A stretch of 64,000 nucleotides of DNA from Tubiluchus corallicola (taxonomy: Eukaryota; Animalia; Priapulida): contig JAQGDQ010000026.1 of NCBI GenBank assembly GCA_030141605.1, positions 868,001 through 932,000 of the forward strand. The letters run 5' to 3'. Below are positions 28,901 to 41,900 of this stretch, piece after piece. Position 1 is the stretch's first letter. Every line of letters begins with the position of its first letter. The translations under genes were made by a program, and so were the position numbers. The notes under the pieces were generated by a model, which was given only the letters and a program-made list of their open reading frames with translations, made no database searches and was not told the DNA's origin.

Positions 28901-31900
28901 TCAAAATCGAGTACACTTTGTGCATGTACTATATACATATTATTATTTTTTTGAATATTTATATAGTCACGCTTTCCTTATTTTTTTAGATTCCTCTGTA
29001 GTGTCACCGAAGTTTGAAATTGATTTTGATTTATTGTTGTACAATATACGCTCACTCAATATATTAGCCGGTGAAGGAACATCGCACATAGAACACACTA
29101 AAGAAGGTGCTCGTCTGAAAGTAAGCTTAAAAATGACTTACAGTAATTACAGCTGGACAACTGACACTAGGGCTTGAAATATTTAATTGGTCTCTAGTGC
29201 AATGTACTCTTTCCAAATGTCTTGTACCCATAAATTACACATATTATGTGTGACTTTAGTTCGACATCTAAGTTTGGATTTTTACTATGAAGAGAATGCC
29301 TGCTGAGACCCGACCAAAATCTTTCTATTTGTCAGTTTTTCTTACTGGGATTTTGAGGTATTGGCATGCTAAGAAAATGTTACTCAATGTATAGTTGAAA
29401 GTCCAAGTTTTCTATTATTTCTTTTGAGTACTATGGTTTGAGATGTTTCTGATTCAACTTAATTGACTGTTACTGTTGGAAATGCTTTAAGTGTAGGCCT
29501 ACAATATTGCTTCATTCTTATATGTATACTAGTAACAATATTAAATTTTATGATATATATATAGCATATAACATTTAAAAGCAAGAAACCAAGGCATAAA
29601 TTGGCATAAACATTTTCTGATGTATTTCAGACACAAACTCCTGTATCAATAAAGCTATATGCTAATGGTATGATAATGTTTTCTGGACCTTTCCGACTAT
29701 ACACAGATCCAAGCACTCAGCAGTGCTTAGATGACATCATGGCCGGTTACTTTCCCTCTGAGTTGCAAAGTAGGTATCCCAATGGTGTACCACTTTTGGT
29801 AAGTCACACATTGTTTTATTTTTTTATTATGTATAAAGCTGAAAAATTTGTCTGTCTTTTACCAGTGTTTTCGATCTATAGGATAGATCTTGGTGATTTA
29901 AGCATCCAAACTAAACACAGAATAAAATACAAATCAAAAATGGCATAAAATACAGCAGATCATGAGTTTTCACTAGTGCCATATCAATGATATATGCCTA
30001 TCAAGGCAGTTAAGGTGTTCTACACTAAATCAATTTGTTGCAATACGCCTTTTTACAATTCCAACAATTGATGATAATCATGAATTAGTCAGAGGTTAAG
30101 TGAACCAAACAACGTATTTGCGTACACTTGACAACACCTCGCAGCCCCAGCTAATGTAATAGTAACAGCTAGCCAGAACCTTACCTATGCTAGTAAATCA
30201 CTTTACATCCCCACAGACTAATGCATAATTAAGTAAAGTCTATGTAAAACAACTAGAAAGTGGCGTTGCAACTGAAGTTACTGAACTGATGTGGCAGATG
30301 ACTTTGCTTTACCTATACCACCGTCACATGGTGGCTGTAGTTAAGGTGCGTTGCTGGGGTTCGCCTAACATTTGACCTACAGCAACTGCACATGCGCATA
30401 GCAAAGCTGTGAACAAGCTTATATGTCTGTAGTACTATTGGCTTGTATTATGATACTGTCACAGCTTTAACAGTTTAATTCACTAACATTTGTTTAATGA
30501 AAGGTAACTGATGAAAGATATACTGTTTACAAAGACTCGCGGTTAGATACGTTTCCTGGTCAAGGTCAAACTCTTGACGCTGTCTCACTACACTCATCTA
30601 AATCACTACAGTCGTCTAATTCGCTTCCCATACATCAGCTTGTTGAATCTTCAAACTCAGGTATGATAAGACATTGAACGTATTTTCAGTAGTTATTTCT
30701 TGTTTGACTTTTCAGATTTTTACAATCGGGTATTTTAATATGTTTTGCCATGTGAGGAAGTATGAACATGTTTGTACTGGAAGTGTTTCTTATAGATTCT
30801 TCGCTGACTGCTGAACAATTTTGTAAGAAGCTACCAGCGAATGTTATTAAAAGCGGAAAAGTAATCGACATCAGATTATCTGTAAAAGAAAGGCTGACTG
30901 GCAATGATACAGGCAAAGGACAAAACATTACTTTAGTAGAAACACCTGTAGTAAACGACATGAAAGTCAGGTAACTTGGATATGAACATACACACTGGGA
31001 GGTTTGGTGTTATAGATGGTCTTGCATTATGAGAAAATATTATTTGTTTTGCATAACAAGTACGTCAAGTACATATAGAATAGGACAGTTGCAGAACTGT
31101 GTGTGTTAAAACAAACTCTCAGGTAATATTTTAAATACTAAAATGGCACATTATTTGGAATAGTGTCACACTGCTTGAGTGTTAAGAATTACATTGCGCT
31201 CATTGGATTTCAGATTTTTTAATAAGTTTTTTCTATAAAAAGAATCGGAATACTAATTTTTTAACATTATAACATCAGCAAACATTTTAACAGTTGTCAT
31301 ACAATAGTTGAAATTTTAGTAGCATTTGTTTTAGCGGACACAACAAAATGGTTTATGGTTTGGAGTGACATAACATACATTACATACAGTCTGTATTCGA
31401 CTTTTAAGTTTTACCTCTATACATCTGTTTTACATTGTGTTGGAGTTAGAGCAGAAGCTGCAGACTTTGTAGCTCAAAATGTCAGTAATCTAATGGATGC
31501 ACCAAATTTTAAAAAACTAAATAACTGTGCATGTTTTCATGCCCTAAGTTTTGATTCAGTGTATGGTGATAAACGGTTGTACCAAATTTTAGATATGCTA
31601 ACAATATCACAAAGCAATATGAATCCAGTCCTTGTAGGATGCTGAATTGCTATAGCACTTTTGCAAGAAATAAAATTACTGGTAGTGAGAGCAATCACAA
31701 CTTTACAATATCGTTCTTTTACAGGTTGAAGTCTCCAAAAGGTAAGCGACCACCTAGCAGCAAAAAGATTACTACACTGCGAATAAAATCAGCAAGTGAT
31801 AACCAGATGTATGTATTAAAAATGAAGTACACCGATAGAATTTCTGATCTAAGGAATTATATTGATGCGCAAAGGTTAGTTACGTTATCGCAGCAGGTCT

Positions 31901-33175
31901 TGGGTTTGGGTGGAGGTGCATTATTTTTCAAACTTTCTAATTTAGTATTGCTTTAGTGCACATACAGTCAACCCTCGTTAAACCGGACTAATTGGGGGGG
32001 GGTCCGGTTTAGCCGATTGTCCGATTTATCCGATATGCCTATATATGGTATATATTATACAGGAATAATCACCTTAATAAGGCCTATATACATTGCACTA
32101 TATACTGCGCACTATATACTATACTGTATATTACTTTAAAATAGTTAACCAGTGAGGATAAAGAAATTATTGTGCAGTTGGTAGGCCGTGTTGTGTTTAG
32201 CGCTCCGGCTCGGACGGAAATCGGTCAGTTTCCTTTACCATGGATGACGTCCGTCTTATCCCATATCCAGGCTAACGGGGTCCGGTTTAACGAGGGATGA
32301 CTGTATATGATTTAAGTAGCACGTCACTAATTTTAAACATTCTTTATAGACATTTTTCCGTACTGTTGTACAAACTCTATTATGGTTAGCATTCTTCACA
32401 GTATTCCTTTTAAGAATCAGATTCGGTTTACTGTTCCCCTTTTAATAAACAAATTTTATGTGGCTATATCAAGATTAAGAATGAACATATAATGCAGAAG
32501 AGTGAAACGAAACACATACACATTTCAAATAAAGTATGCTACCTTGTTCTAATTAAAAAATATACCAATGTAACACAGGTTATCAGGTATGCTACTCTCA
32601 GCTGTTACCCTACTAATACATTAACATCATTGCACATCGCATTTTAATTATAATTATTATTATATGTGCTTGAAATTATATTTATAGGAATCTACATATC
32701 TGAGCTATTTGAATTTTCCATCATTACACTGTTACCATCATTGCATTATTGACGTAATCCCTGGTCAAGTAGGATCATTTGGTAGTCTAACATAAATACT
32801 GACTCTTGTTCTAGTACATATATTTTTATTGCCTAGTTAATGGGTATTACCAGTGCTGAACATTTAACTATTTGACATAAAGTGCAAGCCAAAATTCGTT
32901 GGTTATCTAGCTACATTACATATGTAGCCAGGTGTACTACTTGATCATGCTGTTTCAATATAAGCTAGTTAGAAGTATTTTTAGTGTCTCATCTGCATAA
33001 TGTTCACCGACTTTGACAAATATTGCCTCATATTTTCAGACCTGCAGCTTCCAAACCATATGAATTGGTTTCAGCGTTTCCACAGCAGAAATATTGCAAT
33101 GACCGTGCCACATTAGAAGATTGCGGACTAGTACCTAATGCTGTTTTGCATTTGGTTATCAGAAAAAAACGATGA
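25961..33175 (+). CDS. UBXN11: UBX domain protein 11 (coiled coil, SEP and UBX domains; 500 aa)
   Basis: Exons 25961-26043, 26224-26264, 26500-26589, 26856-26956, 27845-27899, 28264-28479, 28990-29120, 29631-29798, 30504-30660, 30796-30970, 31725-31874, 33040-33175 (1503 nt, in frame). MSSPL start, MEEFLNDYGMVWVG, GYFPSELQSRYPNGVP, UBX SAFP..GLVPNAVLHL. The donor at 27900 is weak. Confidence 0.93.
31965..32303. mobile_element. pogo/Tigger-type (Tc1/mariner superfamily) MITE
   Basis: TA|CAGTCAACCCTCGTTAAACCGGA ... TCCGGTTTAACGAGGGATGACTG|TA: 23-bp TIR with one mismatch and TA TSD. Confidence 0.9.
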
Positions 33176-35965
33176 CGAAAGCAAGAAAAAGAAAATGCAC
33201 GATTTATACTTCTTGAGCATTTTTAGTGCGGATATGAGATGGTGTCACTATCTTTAAAGCATGCCAAAAGTGAATGTGTATTTGACAAAAGCGAGTTTGT
33301 CATCTGCCAAGTTGTCCACTAGAGATGAGTGAATCTTTTCACCACATCTAAAAAACTGCAAATACTGTGATTATTTTTACAGATAGTCCTCAGCTGTGAA
33401 AGGAATTATATGCATGTATTTTTCTAGCCAGTTGTAATTATGTATTTGTCAATGCATAAGAACAATATAATCAGTGCATGTGTGTGTTTGCATGGCATGT
33501 TTTATATCTCACAAAGGCATTCATAAAAATAAAAACTAAACAAGCTATTTTCATTGCAACACAGTATTATTTTCACCAAAGAAGATAAAATTTTGGAGTA
33601 GTCAAACCTATAAGTTATTATTGCAACAGCCACACTACTACGAGTGTGTTCAACAAGATTCAATGCATAAATTTTTCATGTTATGCAAAATACTAAGTAC
33701 TGTTGATGAGATTCTAATAACTGAGTGAATAAACAAATATGTACGTCTGAATGGTTAAGAAAAGTGGTATATTAAATAAAACTTAACAACTTAAACCACT
33801 TACAGCTGAAAGCAAATACAGTTAGCAAGCTGGAAATGTTTCATATCCAAAGGAATGTTTCAGAAAAAATATGCTGCCTTTATAAAATAGTAAAAAATTG
33901 GGCGAATAGCAAGCAAAACTGAAACCTTGTATTTCTCCAGCAATGAGGTGGATATTAATAATGCTTGTTAAAAACCTAGATTGTAAAGAATACTAAAGAT
34001 ACACACAGTAATTACCTCTCTGTAAATTTACAGAAATCAGTACTTTTGTCGTATTCAGTTAGACATATGCTGTTTGGAGAAATCCACTCATTAATTCTAT
34101 AAAAACTTCACTTACATTGAAGGAAATCCCATAAGATAGCAACATTCTGTTAGCAAACACTTTCATCAACAATATGCAAATTAATAGCATCTATAATACT
34201 TTTTCTATATCACATATGGTTGAGAAGCTATAACAGGTATAATAAACAACAGATCTTACTTTTAATATTTTAAAACAAAACATATGTAATTCAATGGCAC
34301 AGTCATGAAATCAGGAATAATCAGGAAACAAAAGTATACAAAAACATTTTCATTAAGTATTGGCTACCCAGAGAAGCTCTGAAAAATAATAATACCTCCA
34401 GGGAATGTCTTAGATGTTGATATACATAATACCTAGCAAATACACAGTGACAAACAATAGCAATAAGTAGAAAAGGCAAGTAAAATCAATAAGATGGGAA
34501 GACAGTTAAACAAAAATGCCCATATTAGGAATTAAAATTTTCAAAACCTACTTATAATTTATGTGTACAATAATATATGTCATTTTGAAGTGGTAGATCA
34601 AAATACCAGCGCATACTCTTGCAAGAAACTTCATCATAGAGACCGGGGCTTGGTTTCCTTATGTAGGGCAGTATAAAATTTTGCTACACTTCGAACAATG
34701 TAATAAATTGGAGCCATCACATCAGAAACATTCCATGAAAACAACCATTTTTACCAGATATTTACAAAATGCCCGTGTTAATTACTCATTACAGTATTTA
34801 TATAAACACAACCAAAGCCCTGCATGTAAATGAGAGAACGAAGAGTGCTGCTAAAATAACAGTGAAAGTAGTGTAAGAATAACCTGTAGCAACAGAGATC
34901 AACTCTGAAAAACAAATTAGATATTCCTATCAGACGATATCGCAAGACTTCAAATTACAAATACTAAGCACAGGGTTATGCATGGCACTACTGCCGAAAA
35001 AATACCATTAGTAAATTAAATTATGAGAGAATTACCTTAAATTGCATGTTTATAGTTACATTAGACTAAACAGAGTTACACACAGGTAGCTGCTTAAAAC
35101 TCTTGCATTGCTAAATTAGCACAGAATGACCGAGGTTTCATTGGCAAGTTTTTTCTTCAACACAAGGAAATAACGCAACTAGTAAGTATGTGCTCATTAC
35201 TTTATGGGGGACAGAAATCTCGTGCTAATCTCAGGTTTTTTTTGTGTGGGGAAACATGTAGAAACAAGATCAGTTTATCAATTACTAAGCATAACATTAG
35301 GAACTTTTCAAAAAATAACAGCCCAAGCAAGATTAAGACAACATCTAAAGGTTGGGACGATATTTATAAAGAAAAACATTCCTGAACATGTAGTCAGTTA
35401 TTGCTGTTATGCATAAATAACACACGTGCAATAAAAGGGTTTGGGGATAACAAATGAACTTTTAACAATAAAGGAAAATCCTTACACTGCAATCTGGAAT
35501 GCATTGAGTTTAACTCGACATCCCCCAACACGTTAAATTTTAATGTATAGATAACATTATTATTGTTAAGATTTATACAGAATTTTAATTACATTTTAAC
35601 TGTATTGATTATTATTACATAAACTTTATACAGTGGTTAACATGTACTGAATTTGCATTTTAATGAAATGTCGTTTAAAGGGAATAGGAATGTAAGACTA
35701 CTATGTAACCTAACCCAGTTTAGGGATACAGACATTACCAAATTAACAGCAAACTTCGAAGACAGCATGCCTGCAATTAACATTGCTGTTCAAGTAACCC
35801 TCCTGCTGACACTTTGTTCTTGGTAACAAACGGTCGCAATATGAAATAAAACTTCCACACGTAAGCAAATTCCCTGCAAGCCAGCGAATGCAAATCGCCA
35901 TGACAATATGTCAAGTTCACTAAGCCAATCCATTCATTGCAAAATAAAAATTCTGATCACAGATA

Positions 35966-38900
35966 TCAAAACTGGTACCACTTCTTATCTTTATATTTGT
36001 TCATGATCTGATGTGCTGCCGAGGAGAAGTTATCAGCATTGGCCATCATCTGTGCTGTCCGCTCCTCTATATCACTTAGTTTTTCTCCTCGTTCAATTAA
36101 TGCCTACCAAAGAAAAATACTGAATTAAAACGTAATAGCTGATTTTCGAACAACTGTGACTACACTTCCCTTCAGATGAATTGAATGACTTTTGCAAAGT
36201 GCTGCTGCTGTGTAAACAAACAGAAGTATTATTAAGTCCGCTAAATTGTTATTTACTGTACGTTAACTTATTAATAAATCAGTTTCTCTTTACCATGGAT
36301 AGGTGGCTCTGTCTAACTGCATGCCGACCAGTAGCAGAATTCAGATCTGCTTATAAGCCACATTGGTTGACAGCTCAAATAGATAGAACATACGGCATTA
36401 TATCACAAGGTTCTAGGTTCAAATTTTGGTTGACAGTGACTTAACACAATTTTTCCGAGCCTCCTGTATTTAGCTGTTGGTTGCAAACTTAACTATTGGC
36501 ACAAGGCAAATGAACTCAAAAAATGAAGGCGGATGTTATTGCCTCAATACACTCTCCTCAATGCACTAAAATCATAAATTTGGAATAAATGTAAAATATG
36601 ACCTTTTGGGATCACATTCCTTGAAAAATGACTTACCATTCTCGTCCGTGCTACATCTCCGGCCACACCTTGTGCTTTTAATTGTGCAGCCTCTATCGAT
36701 CTTCCTGGTATGTGCTGCGCTAACGTACGGGAAGCCTTACCAGAACCAGACTCTCCAACTGCAAAAAAAGCAACAATGGTTTTTAAAACGGACACTTTTC
36801 TTTTATATGCTATCTTACCACATTTTATTCAACTAACATATTCAAATAATTGCAATCAAAAATAATTAACTATAATTTAATATCTTAACAAAGTTAGCAG
36901 CTTATCTTCCAAGTAAGAATAATCATACTTACACAATTCTTCACGATCCAAATTCGAAGAGCCACTCCCAAAAAGACCCTTGAAAAAACCCTGTTTTGGA
37001 GCCTCTGGCATCTCTGCACCAAGAAAAACCTCGCCCAACATCTTGGAAAGGTTGTCACTGCAAATTAACATAAAACTAATTAACTCGCAGAAAGTCGTAC
37101 AACAATTACAGTACAATTTGTGTATAACAAGGCCTGTGATAACACTGTGGTTATTATGAGTAAATTTCAACGCCCTGTCAAATATTAGGTTTAAATATTT
37201 GCTTAAAGTGAACTCAGATATTACAAGTTTGCTTATTACGAAGAAATTTTATCGCCCCGTGATTGACCTTTCCGCCATACATATAACGAGTGCGAGTTCT
37301 AAAACAGTCGGTAAATGGCCTCGTGCAAGAGCAAAAGGTCATTAATTTATTAATTAATTTATGAAGATTAATTTATTGATTGCGCACAAAACAATGTGTA
37401 TGCAGCTTACGCAGATGTGCTGGTGAGTCTGCAACTGCACAGCTGTAATTCCACCAAGACCGTGTTTTCTATCCATGCAAACATCAAAGGTCTTGCGAAG
37501 GCATTTAAATGATTATAGCACTCAAGTAAAACACACTCAGTTATCAGCAAGCTTACACAATGAATCACAACTTGGTGGGCAGTTTTATGCAGGAATTTAT
37601 TGCATTAACTCTAGGAATGGATAAGAATTTAAACATGATGAGTTTACTTTTTTGTGATAAAATATTTGCTAGACAGTGGCACTCATTAAGAAATTTGTGC
37701 CAGTCTCAGAAGAAAGTGCTCTTTCATGTCCACCTTATAGGCTTTATTTCTGTCTTGTCCACGCACTCAAACAATTGACCTTGGCTATAATGAGATTTGG
37801 TTATAGTAACAATTTTTCAGCCGCCCTGAAATTATAAGCGGATTATACTCTATCAATTAACAAGTACAAAAAAAATGTTGCACGGTTTGAGTGAAATGAT
37901 TATAGTTTAAAGAATAAAAGAATTACCACATGGCAGAAGAGTATGTTATCTTCTGTATTTCTGTTGGTGTACACATGTATAAGGCATGGCCATTGTTGCT
38001 GATCTCGAATGTTCGAGCAATCCTGCAATAATAAATAAAGCGCATTAGTGATATCCATAATGCAGACATAAGCTATGGGAAACAAGATTCAAGCAGTACA
38101 TTATTAAAAATCAATTTTATTTTTAAATATCTTGCACTGCATGCCCAGCCAGAAGAGTTAAATATTTTAGTGTACACAAGCACTTAACAACAAACAGCAG
38201 TATGCCTAATAAATATAGGACTACAATGTAGCCTGATCACTCTAATGACTGTCAAACTTCTAGAGAATTTTCCTTATTTGCACTGTCAAAACCTATACAT
38301 ACTATCAAATTTGAAAGAAAATATAACAAACCTGAGATCAGTTAGAGGCAAGTAGGAAACATCAAGCAATGTCCTTAGACTAGGCAAACTTAATACCATT
38401 ATATGACCATTGGCAATATAACAAGCTAACACTGCTGTGCCTACAAAATAAATACCATCCTAAATTATGTGACCATACAACATTTTCTAGTAACTATAGA
38501 ATACGAGCACACCACAAAATAGAGTACCATTTTGAGTTACATGAGTTGTAAGTTGATGTAAAAGTACTATCAATAATAAGTGACAAAAAACAAATGGCTT
38601 TACAAAAACAGGGTGTTTTAGAAGTCAGTCAAACACAGAAAATTTGATTTTTAATTTTCTTTGCAAGTAATCGACCAATGACATTCATCCTGTGTCAAAC
38701 TCTTGTTCAGCAAATGAGAATTTTTTCAAGTCCATATTTGAGGTTTTGTATCGTTTCTTGAGCTACATTGCTGACTCTATAGCAGAGTGTAAAATTGCTG
38801 CAGTAAAATTATGGATTCAAGTCTTAATGCTACTAAAATTCTTATTTGATTCTAGTTGTAACTGTTTTTCATTTTTATTTTTTTGCAAATAACGAGTGAT

Positions 38901-41900
38901 TTCTGAAACATCCTACACTTGACAAGAGTCGTTTTGTTACTATGCACATACGAAAGGTAACATACTGACTTACTGTGAATAGTCACAACTTCAGCTGCTA
39001 CAACATAGGAAGAGTCAATCATTTTCGTTTTGAACACACAGGTTTGCGAAGGAAGCGAAATCACACAAGCTCGCTTTTCTGAAGTGATTGCAACAAACTG
39101 CCGATCACTCATCTCAGTTGAAGACGTTGGAGAAATCCTTGGTTTTTCTAAAGGAACAAATAAACAAAAATATAGTCAAACAAAAGGCACAAAAAGTTCA
39201 TCTCCTAGATCTATTTTAGTAGTTTTAAGAATAATAAAATGCTTTTTTTTCATAATCAATAAATTACTTTGTCATATGTCTTAAAGCTTCAGTTCATCTA
39301 TATTTAGTATATACTTCTATATAAGCTGTAAAAATGAGCCATAGATATTTATTCCCAAAACAATATTTGTTCACAAAAATGGTTAAAGGAAAACCGGACG
39401 ATTGTGTAGACATTATCTAAAATAAAGAATAATCTAAAATATTGAAAACCACAACAGTTTTTCTTAAATCAAAGTTTAGATTAAATAATAATTACCTCGG
39501 ATGGTTAAATTTTGCTAAACTTTCGAAGCTACGCGTGGCTCAGCAAATCCACTAAGATTGGCAATGGCCCCTTTTTGTCACATTTGTGTGGCAGACAAAT
39601 AGACTATGATAAGCATGATCATGGGCTGCAGTGTACGTCTGTGATGTCAGTGTGATGTAAAGCTCATTTTTGTGGCATCAGCATCTTACACAAAAGTGCT
39701 TTACATGCAGGGAAGATGCCTACTGTAATGAGTTTGTGATGTAAGCGATAGGCTGTGTTCCATTGCCATTAATTAACTTTCCAAGGAAATTATTCAAATA
39801 TCAGAAACAACGGCTAATTTTTATAGGTAAAAAAATGTACATTTTGGACAGTAAATTAAAATGATTGGGCCTAATCAATCGTCTGGTTTTCTTTTAACTA
39901 AATTACAAAGATTAATAAAACAAATACCATTTTTTGGCCTTTGCCGTTCCCTGTCTTTATCTTTTGCATCCTTGCTGACGTTGGTTTCCCGCCACACTTC
40001 ATAATCGTAACCTATCTGAGAGCCATTACAGTCTAGGAATGCCATATTCATAATGCCACCCTTTAATCGGAATATTGTACCTAAACAACAAAATACTATA
40101 ATGAGTAGTTAGCTGACAAAGCACACATTAAATCAATAGAACTAAAAGTTGTATAACAATAAATGAATGAATTCTATAGAGCCTTTTAATGTTTAATTTA
40201 CTGCTTACAACTAGCAAATACAGTCCAACAAAAAAATTGTTTTTGGAGAAAAGCTCAATGCTAGGCAAAGCTGAGTTACCAACTACCTGCTTTGTAGCTT
40301 TCTGAAATTTTGTCCATAAAAAGCTTTCATTCTGTATTTACAGAAATGGCAGACTAGAGCCAAAAAAGTGAGAACTGCACAAAAATCTTATTAAAGGTAC
40401 TTGTCTCTTGATTACTTAATTAACACCCCACACCCAGCTTACCATTAAAACTTAAGTTACACCATCAAGTAAAAATAAATTTAATTGGCTAGGACTATGA
40501 TTTGCCATGATGACATTTCCCTTATTAATATTCATTCATTAATAATTGCCAAAAATTAGTATATTCATCAATGCTTATGTCTGTTTCTAACTATGTCCAT
40601 TTTGCAACTGTGTTTATCCTTTCTTGGTCTGTAGAGGCGCCAATGTAATGTAAACCTCTCTCTAGGCTGATACTTCTTTGAGATGTTTTTGTTTTTTCTA
40701 AAAAAAACATTACATATACTTACCACTCGGTGATACAATCACTGGCTGTGATAACCTTTGCTCACCCGGGGGTGGCAGATTGAGAATTATAACTAGCACA
40801 GAGCCCAAACTGGTTCCCAGCCACAAACATGGGCATGTAAATGAATCTGTCAAAAGAAATAATATGCAGTTCATCAGAGAAAACTACTTTTAATGGATGC
40901 AAGGTTTTTTAATAACGATAAAAGATTTAGTTTACATAACAAACAAACAAGGGCAAGTTCTTGTAAATGAGATAAAAGCGAAAGCAGTTTTACAATATGA
41001 CAAGCACTGCTCTAACAGCACATATACACAAAACTAACAAGACTATTTCTTATAAGTCTTTACTTAAAATAGAGGACTGGAAAACAAGAGTAGTCCATTC
41101 TATTCGATGCACTTGAAAAAAATTTGGTATGTCATAGAAAAAACATGCATCAACCACTTTCTGTTTTTTGATGAATAGTGTCAAGGAAATTAACTAGTGA
41201 TTTTCACATAAAGTGCAAATACACTAACCGATTCATTTCTCTTGACAATGCAATAAGCAAACGACATAATGACACAAATTTATATATATGTGGTCTCATG
41301 TGTTCCACAAAAAATTAATATCCCAAAAGTTAAGAAGCAGAAGTATGGAACTAGTAATTTAAATTTAGCCTAGTCTACACCTTACCAGTTTTCCTAGTGT
41401 AAGCATCAGCAAATGCCAAGCACTGAATAGCCTCCGAGGATACGTTGTCCAAACTTGACACACTTGAACTACGGGACCTTGAGAATGAACTATCCGACTT
41501 ATCTGCTTAAATAACACAAAGCCAGAGTTAACAGTTGAGTAAATTAAAGGACCAAGTATTTTAAAGTGAAATACTAAAAAATGCAAGTACAGAAATGACT
41601 ATAAGCACATCATCTTTTGATTAGTCCCAATGACTCTTCATTGTCAGTTTCTTAACAATTCCCAGAAATGTTTCAATATCGATTTTTACCAAAAAATTTC
41701 CGCAATAAATGTTAACCGGTTATAACTTTCTTTAAGTAAATATTGGAGGTTTCACCACATCAGTATCACAAATGAACTTCGTAATGGTTATCAGCTAGAA
41801 GATGCAGATCTACAGCCTTAATTATAACTAGTAGGCCTACTATTTTAAATTAGAGTGTCAGTTGCAGTATTGTATGCTATCACAAAAGTACAAACTTGCT

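Noticed and set aside
36365-36432. tRNA gene (also 57738-57800)
   Set aside because: Stems do not pair into a cloverleaf; better explained as SINE heads.
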